Below, in pieces: positions 7,780 through 18,106 of a DNA stretch of 33,481 bases. The stretch comes from Lysobacteraceae bacterium (GTDB lineage: Bacteria > Pseudomonadota > Gammaproteobacteria > Xanthomonadales > Xanthomonadaceae), in the NCBI GenBank assembly GCA_004173415.1, contig SEHC01000001.1, positions 1-33,481 of the forward strand, given 5' to 3'. The position numbers were made by a program, and so were the translations under genes. Every line of letters starts with the position of its first letter. Position 1 is the first letter of the stretch. The notes beneath the pieces were generated by a model, which was given only the letters and a program-made list of their open reading frames with translations, was not told where the DNA came from and did not search any database.

Positions 7780-8700
7780 CTAGTGCTCCACAACCCCCAT
7801 CTCGGCGAGCGCCGCGCGCATGGCCTGCGCCGCCCCTTCGCTGAGGGTGGCATGGTCCAGTGCGAATGCGATGGTCGCTTCGATCAGGCCCAGGTGGCTG
7901 CCGCAGTCGTAGCGGGTTCCCTGGAAGCGATGGGCCAGCACCGTTTTCTCGGCCAGCAATTGCGCGATGGCGTCGGTCAGCTGGATCTCACCGCCCTTGC
8001 CGGGCGGGGTCTGCGCCAGCAGCGAGAAGATGCGGGGGTCGAGTACGTAACGGCCCACCACCGCCAGCGTGCTGGGCGCGTTGTCGGGCGAGGGCTTTTC
8101 CACGATCGACTGGATACGACCATGCTGATTGGCCTCCGCAGAGCCGGCAATGTCGGGCGCGTCGACAATGCCGTAGCTGCCGGTCATGGCGCGGGGCACG
8201 TCTTCCACCGCCACCACGCTGGCACCGGTGCTTTCGGCCAAGTCGGCCATCTGCTTCAAGGCGCCGGGCCCACGCTTGTTCCAGATCAGGTCGTCCGGCA
8301 GCATCACCGCGAACGGCTCGTCGCCAACCACCGGTTGCGCGCATAACACGGCATGGCCCAGGCCCAGGGCTTCGCTCTGGGTGACGAACACGGCGCGCAC
8401 ATGCGGCGGCAGGATCTTCTGGATCAGGGCCAATTGCTGGTGCTTGCCAGCCTTCTCGAGCTTCTGTTCCAGCTCATAGGCCTTGTCGAAGTAATCAGCG
8501 ACCGCATGCTTGTAGCGGTTGGTGACGAACACCAGGGTGTCGCAGCCGGCCTCGATCGCTTCGTCCACCGCGTACTGGATCAGCGGGCGGTCGACGATGG
8601 GCATCATCTCCTTGGGCACGGTCTTGGTGGCGGGCAGGAAGCGGGTGCCGAGGCCAGCGACGGGGAATACGGCCTTGCGGATTCGAGTGCGGTCGGGCAT
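7780..8700 (-). CDS. galU: UTP-glucose-1-phosphate uridylyltransferase
   Basis: KAVFPVAGLGTRFLPATKTVPKEM, LGLGHAV, LPDDL, VEKP, GEIQLTDAI, YDCGS. Confidence 0.95.
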   Translation of the reverse strand: MPDRTRIRKAVFPVAGLGTRFLPATKTVPKEMMPIVDRPLIQYAVDEAIEAGCDTLVFVTNRYKHAVADYFDKAYELEQKLEKAGKHQQLALIQKILPPHVRAVFVTQSEALGLGHAVLCAQPVVGDEPFAVMLPDDLIWNKRGPGALKQMADLAESTGASVVAVEDVPRAMTGSYGIVDAPDIAGSAEANQHGRIQSIVEKPSPDNAPSTLAVVGRYVLDPRIFSLLAQTPPGKGGEIQLTDAIAQLLAEKTVLAHRFQGTRYDCGSHLGLIEATIAFALDHATLSEGAAQAMRAALAEMGVVEH

Positions 8701-8833
8701 GGGTCGTCTCTAAGGGGTGTCGGGGCGTCAGCAACGCAATTGGGGATGGGGTAATGACTCTGCTCTTGGGCGCGGGGAGCTAACGAATGCTCAGCAGCAA
8801 CCCAAGCGCCATAGCCCGGGCAACCTACGATCG

Positions 8834-9730
8834 CTACTCAAGAAGCAGCCATTTCCATCGTGGAAGCAGGTGGTCGAATGCCAATGTAAGGAGGAGGCAC
8901 AAGGCGTAAGTAAGGATGACGGACAAGATTACATTGGGGATTTGCACCAATCCGAAATGAACTAGAACCGTCGAAATAGCAAAGTTCACTATCGGCGTGT
9001 GGAGCAAGTACACGCCCCCGCTGCCGGCCAAACGTCGGTCAGGCGCCCATCTTTCAAACCCAATAGCAATCAACAAGAGGCTGATAGCCAAAGCCATATC
9101 CATGAACCGGTGGTCCCACATGCCAACGCCGTAAAGAAGCGCGAGCAACACATAGTTGCGATAGCCCGCTGAGTTCCAGGATTTCACTAGCCGACCAAGC
9201 AGAAATGCCAGCGCATAGAGCGGCAGCATGATGATTCCAGCACCAGTGGATTCATCCGAACCATTTGCCAGGGTGGCACCGAGCAATACCAGAGCGATAA
9301 GAACGTCGGCTTTTACATTAGACGCAAGTGAAGGAGCGAGCTTCGAGTAAGTGGCATAAGTTCCAACGACCAGTAGTAGGTACGGCAGAAAATACAGCTG
9401 CATGCCACTGCCATGTAGGGTGACCGTCTTCCAGAGACCGGGCCACAAGTCCGACTTCCCCAGCACAGCCAGCGCAACGGCGTAAGCGAGCGAGAAGACA
9501 AGAAAAGGCACCAGCAGGCGCACCACACGCCCTTTGAGATATTCGGACAACGGCTTTGCATTGCTGAAGAAGTAGCCGGATAACGCAAAGAAGCCCACCA
9601 CCGCGCCGTCGATCCAATACACAACATCCGCAATCTGCAGATTGGTTGCCAGTGAATACCGACTTTCTGAGTGCATGTGCTGAATGATCACAGCCATGGC
9701 AAGCATATGACGCAGCAAATCAATCGTCAT
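8834..9730 (-). CDS. Acyltransferase-3 family membrane O-acyltransferase
   Basis: IDLLR...VIIQH, AVVGFFALSGYF, RVVRLLVPF, LYFL, GVYLLH; polytopic. Confidence 0.82.
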   Translation of the reverse strand: MTIDLLRHMLAMAVIIQHMHSESRYSLATNLQIADVVYWIDGAVVGFFALSGYFFSNAKPLSEYLKGRVVRLLVPFLVFSLAYAVALAVLGKSDLWPGLWKTVTLHGSGMQLYFLPYLLLVVGTYATYSKLAPSLASNVKADVLIALVLLGATLANGSDESTGAGIIMLPLYALAFLLGRLVKSWNSAGYRNYVLLALLYGVGMWDHRFMDMALAISLLLIAIGFERWAPDRRLAGSGGVYLLHTPIVNFAISTVLVHFGLVQIPNVILSVILTYALCLLLTLAFDHLLPRWKWLLLE

Positions 9731-9784
9731 GCACAGTCCCGGGCATCATCAGGCACGAAAAGCAATCGCTTACCAGCCATACGC

Positions 9785-10714
9785 TCACGATTCCTGCTCA
9801 GGACCAAGTTGGTGTCCAGTCAGCCGCGAAATAATCTCCAACATATCTCGTTTGTTCTCGACCCCGGCGATTTCCCTTTCTAACTCCATGACTTTGGCGC
9901 CGACTAGGAAGCGGTACCAGAAGCCCTGCAGGACGTGGTATACCAAGCCCGACCGACCGTCGAGCAAGCCGAGCTGGAAGAAGTAGCGCCACAGGAAATA
10001 AAGCGTAGCGCTTAGGGTGAATGGCAGACGATTGTAGATGCGTTCTTTGGCCCAGCGTTTGAATGATGCTTGCAGTGAGGCGCTGTCGCTGCTTAACGCT
10101 TCGTCGCGCGGGAACAGGTCGAGCTTCTGGTTGAGCGCGTCGATGGCTTCGCGAGTGGCGTACTTGTTGTGCTTGTCGGTGAAGAAGGTGAGGTCGTTGA
10201 GGTTATGGTCGGAGAACCCGCCCTTGAAGTTCACGGTGCGGCCGCCCCAGACGACCATGTGCTCGTCCATCCAACGGTCCTCAATGCGGCCCTGGCCATG
10301 ACGCCAGACGCGCAGCAGGCGCAGCGGATAGCGACCACCATGGCGAACCCAGCGGCCCATGAAGATGTGCTTGCGGTCCAAGTTGATTCCGGCGACATCA
10401 GTGGGCAACGCTGGCAGCTTCTCCGCGATCTCGGCGACCAAATCGGGCTCGATGATCTCGTCGGCGTCCAGGCGCATCACCCATGCACTGGTGATTGGTG
10501 CGTTGTCGAGCCCCCACTGGAATTGCCTGGCGTAGTTAATGAACTTGTTCCTTAGCACCACTGCGCCCAATTGCTCCGCAATATCCACAGTCCGATCGGT
10601 TGAACCGGAGTCCACCACGAAAACTTGCGCGGCAATAGTCGAAATGGACGCGATGGCACGAGCGATGTGCCGTTCTTCGTTGTGGGTGAGGATGAGCACT
10701 GCCAAATCAATCAT
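9785..10714 (-). CDS. Glycosyltransferase family 2
   Basis: ILTHNEE, VVDSGSTDRT, RLDADE. Confidence 0.9.
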   Translation of the reverse strand: MIDLAVLILTHNEERHIARAIASISTIAAQVFVVDSGSTDRTVDIAEQLGAVVLRNKFINYARQFQWGLDNAPITSAWVMRLDADEIIEPDLVAEIAEKLPALPTDVAGINLDRKHIFMGRWVRHGGRYPLRLLRVWRHGQGRIEDRWMDEHMVVWGGRTVNFKGGFSDHNLNDLTFFTDKHNKYATREAIDALNQKLDLFPRDEALSSDSASLQASFKRWAKERIYNRLPFTLSATLYFLWRYFFQLGLLDGRSGLVYHVLQGFWYRFLVGAKVMELEREIAGVENKRDMLEIISRLTGHQLGPEQES

Positions 10715-11288
10715 GACTGTTACCTTGCGCGGTCAACTTGCGGGATTTGATAAGTTGAGCCGGGTTTCCGGCATAGACACCGTTGGCAACTGCATCCTTG
10801 AACAGAACCGCCCTTGCCCCTAGCACGGCCCCTCGGCCGATGGAGACGCCGGGCCCCACGAAAGCCTCGGCTGCGACCCATGCGTCGGCGCCGATAACGA
10901 TGGGCTTGACCAATAACTGGAAGTCCGGGTCTTCAATATCGTGCATGCCCGCACATAGATAGGCACCTTGGGACACGATGACGCCGCGACCCAGGCTGAT
11001 AGGCGCCATGCAATAGCAATTCACTCGCGGCCCGAGGCAGGCGCCCTCTTCCATTATCAAGTTGGGTGGGTACCACACGCGGGCGCTGCCATATACGTGC
11101 GCGGTCGGATGCATTCGCGCTCCGAAGCACTTCAACAGCCAGACGCGCCAGCCATGCAGCGGCGCGGGTGTCCACGCGGCCAGTAAAAGCCAGGTCACGC
11201 CCCAAGCGGCGCGAAACATACGATGCCCGAGGGAAAAGCTGGGTCCGCCGAGCAATGGCTTAGATTCTTTCGCGTCAAGCAGGCTCAT
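10707..11288 (-). CDS. wcaF: WcaF-like hexapeptide O-acetyltransferase
   Basis: WRVWLLKCFGA, VWYPPNL, VSQGAYLCAGMHD, AWVAAEAFVGPGV, YAGNPA. Start trimmed to ATG 11288, just past the upstream stop. Confidence 0.82.
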   Translation of the reverse strand: MSLLDAKESKPLLGGPSFSLGHRMFRAAWGVTWLLLAAWTPAPLHGWRVWLLKCFGARMHPTAHVYGSARVWYPPNLIMEEGACLGPRVNCYCMAPISLGRGVIVSQGAYLCAGMHDIEDPDFQLLVKPIVIGADAWVAAEAFVGPGVSIGRGAVLGARAVLFKDAVANGVYAGNPAQLIKSRKLTAQGNSHD

Positions 11289-11292
11289 CTCA

Positions 11293-12486
11293 TTACTCCG
11301 TGCCGACTGTCGTCGCGCCGTCACTCACTCCCGAACCCACGTGCTTTTCGAGGATACGGACCAGACTCTCGGCAACCCGGTCGATTCGAAATCGTGTATT
11401 GAAGGATCGACGTGCTGCTTCGCGCATTTCCTGCTGAGCTTCAGGCGTAAGCGCCAGCCATTGCTCTAAGGCTTTCGTAGTGCCTTCAAGGGTGTCGTCC
11501 TGGACAATACCAGCGCCATCATCTTCGATCTCGCGCCAGATATTCACCTTATTGCTGATAAGGACAGGCTTGCCACAGGCCATCGCTTCGGCGACCACAA
11601 TGCCAAAGTTCTCTTGATGCGAAGGCAGGCAAAACACTTCGGCGGAGTAGAACGCTCCCCACTTGTCATCGCCTAGCAGCATGCCAGGCCAGATGATGCG
11701 ATCCGCGACACCCAAGCGGGCCGCTTGTTCTTTCAGCTTGGCCACCCAACCCGTTTGGTCTGGACCAGCCATGACCAGACGCAGATCCGGATCGTTGGCC
11801 GCAACCTTTGCGAAAGCTTCCACCAACAAGTCGCAACCCTTCTTCTCATGGATGCGGCTGAGGTAAAGCAGCAGTCGTTTACCGCGCAAATCAGGACACT
11901 TGGCCAAGAAGCGGGCACTAAGCTCCGCGGCATCGCTTGGCGGTAGCGAAGTGCCATAGGAGGCCACCTCTTCATTGCACCAGTACAGCCAGAAGGACTC
12001 CTTCGCCAGCAAGCGCTCTTCCTCACAGGTAAATATCACTGCCGTAGCGTCACGCAACACCCGATACTCCGCCCATGGCCAGTACAGCCATTTCTTAAGA
12101 TGCTTAAGTGGATAGGTCCGCTTAAACCAAGGATCCAGCATCCCATGCGTGAAAACGAAGTATGGCGTCTTCATACCCGCCAGTGCGCGCCACGTTCCCA
12201 GCCCGTGGTATTGCCACAAACCGTTGACGATGACTGCGTCAAAGCGCGTTGCATTGACCCTGAGCCAGTCGACCAGTTTTCGATTGAAGCCGTATCCTCC
12301 CGTTGACGGCCCCAACTGGTGGACAAGTCCCGGATACTGAGGCAGACATGCACCGTCGGGCGCATCGAGACTGACGATTTCAACCACATGACCCAGCCTC
12401 GTCAATTCGACGCCAAGATTGTTCACTCCCTCTATCGGCCCACCACCGCGGGGATCAACCGACGAAATTACATGCAATATTTTCAA
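11293..12486 (-). CDS. Glycosyltransferase family 4
   Basis: KILHVISSVDPRGGG, HGMLDPW, LSRIHEKKG, LPSHQENFGIVVAEAMACGKPV. Likely TTG start at 12486 overlapping the upstream TGA. Confidence 0.9.
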   Translation of the reverse strand: MKILHVISSVDPRGGGPIEGVNNLGVELTRLGHVVEIVSLDAPDGACLPQYPGLVHQLGPSTGGYGFNRKLVDWLRVNATRFDAVIVNGLWQYHGLGTWRALAGMKTPYFVFTHGMLDPWFKRTYPLKHLKKWLYWPWAEYRVLRDATAVIFTCEEERLLAKESFWLYWCNEEVASYGTSLPPSDAAELSARFLAKCPDLRGKRLLLYLSRIHEKKGCDLLVEAFAKVAANDPDLRLVMAGPDQTGWVAKLKEQAARLGVADRIIWPGMLLGDDKWGAFYSAEVFCLPSHQENFGIVVAEAMACGKPVLISNKVNIWREIEDDGAGIVQDDTLEGTTKALEQWLALTPEAQQEMREAARRSFNTRFRIDRVAESLVRILEKHVGSGVSDGATTVGTE

Positions 12487-13700
12487 GAACGGCTCTCTTT
12501 TGTGAGATGGCGTCCATACACGGAGGCAATTCGGCCCTGAAGCCACCGCTTTACCGCTGGCGTATGTCGCTCAGTTGTCCACCACATCAGCCAACCGGCA
12601 CCACAAAGGATTGCCAGCGACGCCAGATATATCGAGATTCCCTCTAATTCGGGAACCAACTGCACGGTGGTTGTCCCTAGCAGGACGCCAATCAACAGCA
12701 CCAACGGAAAATGTATCGCGTAGAACGAATACGAGATGTCGGACAAACGCCTAGCCCAGCTGCCGAAGAATCGGCCGAGCGCCGGTTGCCGCCGTTGCTG
12801 CAGCAGTGATGCAAGCAGCAGCGAGAACGAAAGACCCACCCAGATATCCGCCGGACCTCCGGTGAACTCCACAGGGTTTACTTTGGAGTAGGCAAGGGCG
12901 GCACCAAGTACAACCGCGGAGAACAGGGCGAAATATGGGCTTGATATGAATCCGTACCGCCTCTGATTCAGCGCCCAGACGCCAACCCCCATCAACCAGA
13001 CAACAAAACCCAGGCGCAACGGCGTCGGGGCGAGCATGATGATTGCCATCAAGACCACAAGGGCGACCGCCTTGCGCCAGAGATCGCGCCCCGAGTCATT
13101 GGTGCACAAGATCACAAGCAACGGGAACGCAACGTAATACCAAAACTCGTATGCAAGGCTCCACAGCGGACCATTACTGCCATATGTGGGTACCGCCAAC
13201 GACTGTAAGAAAAGGGCATTGCCAAACAGCGTGAACAGCCCGACCGAGTGTTGGCCAGCCGCGGGAACCGATCCCCAAAGCTCATGCATCCCGCCATTCA
13301 ACACATTAGGCGCGATTTGCAGCACCAAGCTGTCGACGATGAAGGTCAAGCCGAGCGCGGGTATGAGCACCACCCACAAGCGGGTCAAGCGGGACAGCGA
13401 ATAGTTCACCATGTTTGGCTTCCGGCGCGACCGTAGTACTGAGCCCCCCACCAGAAATCCGCTCAAGACAAAGAAGACCATTACTGCCTGATGCCCCAGG
13501 CCGGAAACAAGGTAGAACAAGTGGGCCAGCAGGCCTGGATTCGTCACAGATTCGTGGTCAACAAAAAGCGCGGCCCTGAGATGGCCGGCACACACAAGAA
13601 GTGCAGCAACGCCCCTGAATATATCGGGCCAGACCAAGTGCCCCACTACGTCGCCGGCCATGCTGACCGGCTTGAATGCAACGGATGGGCGATCAGACAT
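12483..13700 (-). CDS. Acyltransferase-3 family membrane O-acyltransferase
   Basis: DIFRGVAALLVCAGH, AVMVFFVLSGFLV, RLTRL, NGPLWSLAYEFWYY, SYSFYAIHFP. Confidence 0.9.
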   Translation of the reverse strand: MSDRPSVAFKPVSMAGDVVGHLVWPDIFRGVAALLVCAGHLRAALFVDHESVTNPGLLAHLFYLVSGLGHQAVMVFFVLSGFLVGGSVLRSRRKPNMVNYSLSRLTRLWVVLIPALGLTFIVDSLVLQIAPNVLNGGMHELWGSVPAAGQHSVGLFTLFGNALFLQSLAVPTYGSNGPLWSLAYEFWYYVAFPLLVILCTNDSGRDLWRKAVALVVLMAIIMLAPTPLRLGFVVWLMGVGVWALNQRRYGFISSPYFALFSAVVLGAALAYSKVNPVEFTGGPADIWVGLSFSLLLASLLQQRRQPALGRFFGSWARRLSDISYSFYAIHFPLVLLIGVLLGTTTVQLVPELEGISIYLASLAILCGAGWLMWWTTERHTPAVKRWLQGRIASVYGRHLTKESRS

Positions 13701-15027
13701 GAGGGTTTCGAACCACTAGCCGCCGCCCGGCGAGCCTGTCAACAACGCAGGCTAACGCTATGAACACCAGCATGGGCAGGATCTCTGCCAATGCCTCAAA
13801 GAGGCTAGCGGGCACCCGTTTTACGACCATCAAGGGAACCAGGACGACATAAAACATCTGCCCTCCCGGCCCACCCGACCCAAGCCACCGGTACATGAAG
13901 GCGCCAAGGACACCTACCAACACCCCGTCGATAATTACAGCTAACCAGCCACCTTGGCGATAAGCGGTTATTCCGCCAAATGCAGTCAGGCTGCCGGTGC
14001 TCTGCCCCTTGTCCAACCGCCAGGCAAGTACTGAAATCTCATCGGCGGGAGTACCGTCACCACTGAGCAACGCCGGCTTGTTTCCGATAATCAGTCTTGG
14101 AACCGGACTAACCAGAACCGAATAGTAGAACTGCGGTCCGACATACCCCGTCCGATCAATGTAGCCCTTGAGCAAGAGCGTGTTGAGAACCAAGTCCGCG
14201 CGCTCGGCGACCGAGGTAACTGCAGTAGTTATCGGATCATCCCCATAGGAGAATCCGCCGCCGACTTCAACAATCTTGTCCTTGCCGCGGGAACCACTTT
14301 CAGCTTCGCGCAGATAGACTGCGAAAGGGCTAACCAAAGCCAGCGCGACGACCGTAGCAAGCATAATCTTGAGCGCTCTCCGCCCTTGACCGGCTAGCCC
14401 AAAGGCCATGACCAGCATGATGCATGGTGCGATCATCGCCAGGCGCTGGCCGACAGAAAGCAGCAAGACCAGCATTACCGCATAAGCCGCAATCATTGGT
14501 GTCACGACAGCCCTTTTGGAATTTCCAATCGCAGCAACGAGACATATCGCCATCAATGCTTGGCAATAGACCGCAATTGCCGCAAGAAGAGATGAGAAGA
14601 GACTCCGATCCTGAAAATAGGCTTCGAAATCCTCGGCTGAATAACTTGTTAGCTCATTTGTCGAAAAGTAGGCAAGATACAAAGCCAGACATAAGTAGAA
14701 CAGCCGCGCCGGGTATCGCTGAACAAGAGTGGCGATTCGCGGAAGGTCAATCGACCGCCGCCTTCCGGATCTGGCAAGAAAAAAGAAGTAGCCAGCCAGA
14801 AGCGCAAGGAAATAAAGGCCGTGTATGCCTAAGGCACCAGCAATCTCACGCTCGGCGTAGCTGGCCAGGCCCGAATTGCCTTTCAACATGACAGGCAACA
14901 CCAGGTAACCCAATGTAAACAACGCCATCAGCGCCACATGGAACAACGGCGCATCGGGCTTGATTGCAATGCGGATCAACAAGCCGCCGCAGAGCAAGGC
15001 AATTAAGACGGCGAGGAAGACATCCAA
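13693..15027 (-). CDS. Polytopic membrane protein, probable Wzy polymerase
   Basis: About 10 hydrophobic segments and a large loop containing VPR..IGNKP. It lies among the GT genes and wzx. Assigned by topology and context. Confidence 0.65.
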   Translation of the reverse strand: MDVFLAVLIALLCGGLLIRIAIKPDAPLFHVALMALFTLGYLVLPVMLKGNSGLASYAEREIAGALGIHGLYFLALLAGYFFFLARSGRRRSIDLPRIATLVQRYPARLFYLCLALYLAYFSTNELTSYSAEDFEAYFQDRSLFSSLLAAIAVYCQALMAICLVAAIGNSKRAVVTPMIAAYAVMLVLLLSVGQRLAMIAPCIMLVMAFGLAGQGRRALKIMLATVVALALVSPFAVYLREAESGSRGKDKIVEVGGGFSYGDDPITTAVTSVAERADLVLNTLLLKGYIDRTGYVGPQFYYSVLVSPVPRLIIGNKPALLSGDGTPADEISVLAWRLDKGQSTGSLTAFGGITAYRQGGWLAVIIDGVLVGVLGAFMYRWLGSGGPGGQMFYVVLVPLMVVKRVPASLFEALAEILPMLVFIALACVVDRLAGRRLVVRNPHV

Positions 15028-15060
15028 ATCACACCCCCTCAGCGGTAAATAAATGCCTGC

Positions 15061-16038
15061 TCACAGGCTGCCCACTACAGTTCGCACAAGTCTAGTCACC
15101 GCTTCGCGCTTCCGCCTCAATTGCTCCCCGGGCAGCCAGTTCATGCCAGACCTTGCAATCCCGCGGACCGACGCCTTGGCTACTGACCACGGCTGCTTGG
15201 CGCGTACAGCACCCTTGATCTCCTGGAAAGAAGATGCAGCCATCGCAAGCTCAGGTATCTCTTCTACCCGAAGGCAAGCAAGTGTTGCCGTCCAGAGATC
15301 CACATGCTCACTATAAAGATCCGTCTTAGTAAACAGGTGAACCTCATAGTTGATGGCGCTCATCATCGCGCTGGCCATCTGCTCTGCCGACTTGGTGCGA
15401 GATACCCCTTGGTCGTTTACCCGATACCTGAGCAAGGGCCGGGCAATACGGGAAAACCCATATCTGTCCACGCAACGGAGCCAGTAATCATGGTCTTCGG
15501 CACAATGGTACCTACGATAACCCCCGACTCTTTCGTATACCTCCCTACGCATCATCACGGTCGGGTGCACGACAGGCTTTATCGCCTTCTTGTACAACAG
15601 GCCATCGCGCAACACATCACTATCAAGTCCGCGAAACGACTCCGCCCCGATGTCATTTCCGTCTACATCAATCCGAACGATATCTGAACAGACAAGTCCG
15701 AGTTCCTGGCGGCCTTCTAACTCCGCTACCTGCACTGAGAACCTGTCGGGATAGCAAATGTCATCCGCGTCCATTCTTGCGATGTAGGCGCCAGCAGCAT
15801 GCTGCAGCCCCGCATTCAGAGCCGCAACCAGGCCGGACTTCTCCAGCCTGATGCAACGCACTCGTGAGTCAGAATAGCCAGCTACGATATCGGCGGTGGC
15901 GTCACTGCTTCCGTCATCAACGATGATCAATTCAAAATCTTCATGCGTCTGACAAATCACGCTGTCAATTGCAGCGGACAGATAGGTCGCTCCGTTGTGC
16001 ACAGGCATGACCGCACTAACTTTCCTCGCCGACATCAC
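15061..16038 (-). CDS. Glycosyltransferase family 2
   Basis: VSAVMPVHN, IVDDGSSD, ARMDADD, HPTVMMRR, AEDHDYW. Confidence 0.92.
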   Translation of the reverse strand: MMSARKVSAVMPVHNGATYLSAAIDSVICQTHEDFELIIVDDGSSDATADIVAGYSDSRVRCIRLEKSGLVAALNAGLQHAAGAYIARMDADDICYPDRFSVQVAELEGRQELGLVCSDIVRIDVDGNDIGAESFRGLDSDVLRDGLLYKKAIKPVVHPTVMMRREVYERVGGYRRYHCAEDHDYWLRCVDRYGFSRIARPLLRYRVNDQGVSRTKSAEQMASAMMSAINYEVHLFTKTDLYSEHVDLWTATLACLRVEEIPELAMAASSFQEIKGAVRAKQPWSVAKASVRGIARSGMNWLPGEQLRRKREAVTRLVRTVVGSL

Positions 16039-16985
16039 TTGCCCGCCTTGTTCAGAGAGAATCTCGCGAACCGCCTTGCTCGATATCTGAACTCCAAAAA
16101 ATAGTCTTTTATGCGGAATCCATTGCGGGACGCAATGAACTCTCGCGTCGGCGGGATTGCGGGCAAAGCGCAGAAGCCATCCTTCGCCAACACGTAGGAT
16201 GTTGCGTAAGGTGGACAGTCCCGCCTTGCCATCTTTCTCTTCTGAAAGTGCGCATACATGAATTCATTCGCGACCCAAGCCCCATCACTTCCAAAGTAGC
16301 CCTGATAAACCCTCCCGTTGTCCACGTAAAAGATCTGTTCCCTTCTGTTCATAGCAGGATCTAGCAATTCCATCCTTCGTACGTGCGGATCCAAGTCTGC
16401 GATTATGGCTTCATTCTCAAAGACCCTGCCGCCATGCAGCGCCCATATCCGATTGACTCCAATATGCTCGTCGAACCCGCGATGCTTCGGATCGGACATT
16501 ATTTCCTTCCAATCCAACGCCTCGTGAGGCCTCTTGAACATCAGATTTGCTTCATCACTGTTTCTGTACAGGGTCAGGTGACCTACAGAAAAAATCTTGT
16601 CGTTGTTCTCGAGAATTTCATCGGTGATGAAGCCATCAAGCCTTCCGAAAACCATGTCCAGATCGCAATGACCCCAAAAATCGTAGGTTCTGCCTGAAAT
16701 CGGCAGCAACATCCAGTAAGCAGGCCTGAGATCGCAAACCTTGTAGGGCGTGTCAATATCTATATTCAACGAGAGTGCGTCGCTCGCTATCCGCGAAAAC
16801 TCCGCTAGCGACAATGCATGCACGTGAACATTGAACGGGACTTCGTAGCCAGAGCAGTCCGCATCAGTGAAGACTAACCATTCATAGTTCTTGTTGCAGC
16901 CGCATGATGCGAGCCACAAGTCAAAGTAGTCTGGAAGCTTTCCGAAGTAGATACCGATAATGGCGATTGAATACTTGGGAGTCAC
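16035..16985 (-). CDS. DUF6625-like protein (probable glycosyltransferase-like)
   Basis: YFGKLPDYF..WLASC..N, PYKVCDLRPAY, YDFWGHCDLDMVFG (DxD), GHLTLYRN, FDE, YAHFQKRKM. Family recalled from these motifs. Confidence 0.72.
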   Translation of the reverse strand: MTPKYSIAIIGIYFGKLPDYFDLWLASCGCNKNYEWLVFTDADCSGYEVPFNVHVHALSLAEFSRIASDALSLNIDIDTPYKVCDLRPAYWMLLPISGRTYDFWGHCDLDMVFGRLDGFITDEILENNDKIFSVGHLTLYRNSDEANLMFKRPHEALDWKEIMSDPKHRGFDEHIGVNRIWALHGGRVFENEAIIADLDPHVRRMELLDPAMNRREQIFYVDNGRVYQGYFGSDGAWVANEFMYAHFQKRKMARRDCPPYATSYVLAKDGFCALPAIPPTREFIASRNGFRIKDYFLEFRYRARRFARFSLNKAGK

Positions 16986-18106
16986 TGTCGGATACCTATA
17001 AGAAATTCACGATAGCGTTTGGCGTATGCCTTCCAACTGAAAGCCTCGATATCACGATCGACCAAGGCATGCCGCACGCCACCCGTAGGGCCAGTTTCGA
17101 TACGCGCCCTCATGGTGATGATCGCAGCAGCCAGTTCATCTACTGATCCTGCCTCGAAGATCTCCATCTGTGAGTCGGACTGGATCACGCCTTTTATGTC
17201 GGCACCACCGGTTTTGTCGCTTGCGACTACCGGTACGCCGCACGCCAGAGCTTCCAGCATGACCATGCCAAAACCATCTTGTCTTGAAGGCAAGACGAAT
17301 AGGTGGGCCCGTCCATAGAACTTTCGCAGTTCTTCATTTGGCACATGCCCGACAAACTTGAAATTTTGGATGGCTGGCGGATCAAGGTCGCCAACGCTAC
17401 CTACATGTACGAAATCGATATCCGGCAGACGGAATGCCACCTCCGTGAGGATATCTGCGCCCTTCTGATATGACCAAGCGCCCACATACAGCACGGTGAA
17501 TTTTCCATCAGGCAAGGGCGTCGCTTGGAATCGCTCCAGATCTACACCGTAATAGTTGACGAACAGCCTGCCTTTCGGAAACCCATTACCTTCAAAGCTC
17601 TCGGCGCTGTTGAGAGAAGGTACGACCACGTAATCAGAAACGGCGTAGCTATCTAATTCTCTACTTACGTAACTGGCATCAAGCCTGTCGCAGCCATCGG
17701 CCGAAAGGAGTTCCTGCTGGGTAAGAACATGCATGGATCCACGATCCGAAATCACACATGCACCATACTTCGCTCTTGCATGCTTACCCGATTGCACAAG
17801 CATTCCTGACAGACCGATATATACGTCACATGGCTCCAGGCACTGAACCATGCGCTCATCCATCCTTTTCAGCATGACCTGCACGCAAGCTCTTTGCAGT
17901 CTTGGGATATGACGGAAGAGCGCGCCTGCAGACCAAGGCAAAAGCCTGATGAATTGCGAACGAGCTCTCTCTTTCGGTATTCCACCGCGGAGCATCCGAT
18001 ATAACGGATGATACGAATAGTAGGTAACGTCGTGTCCAAGCGCGATCAACTCACGAGCCAAATGGATGAGATGAAATCCAGTTGTAGTCGCTATGGCTAT
18101 TCGCAC
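16982..18106 (-). CDS. Glycosyltransferase family 4
   Basis: YGVDLERF, YVGAWSYQKG, LPSRQDGFGMVMLEALACGVPVV. Confidence 0.9.
   Translation of the reverse strand: MRIAIATTTGFHLIHLARELIALGHDVTYYSYHPLYRMLRGGIPKERARSQFIRLLPWSAGALFRHIPRLQRACVQVMLKRMDERMVQCLEPCDVYIGLSGMLVQSGKHARAKYGACVISDRGSMHVLTQQELLSADGCDRLDASYVSRELDSYAVSDYVVVPSLNSAESFEGNGFPKGRLFVNYYGVDLERFQATPLPDGKFTVLYVGAWSYQKGADILTEVAFRLPDIDFVHVGSVGDLDPPAIQNFKFVGHVPNEELRKFYGRAHLFVLPSRQDGFGMVMLEALACGVPVVASDKTGGADIKGVIQSDSQMEIFEAGSVDELAAAIITMRARIETGPTGGVRHALVDRDIEAFSWKAYAKRYREFLIGIRQ

Noticed and set aside
11939-11950. ops/JUMPstart-like GGCGGTAG
   Set aside because: It is inside a GT gene, on the wrong strand for the operon, and lacks the downstream TG of the ops consensus.
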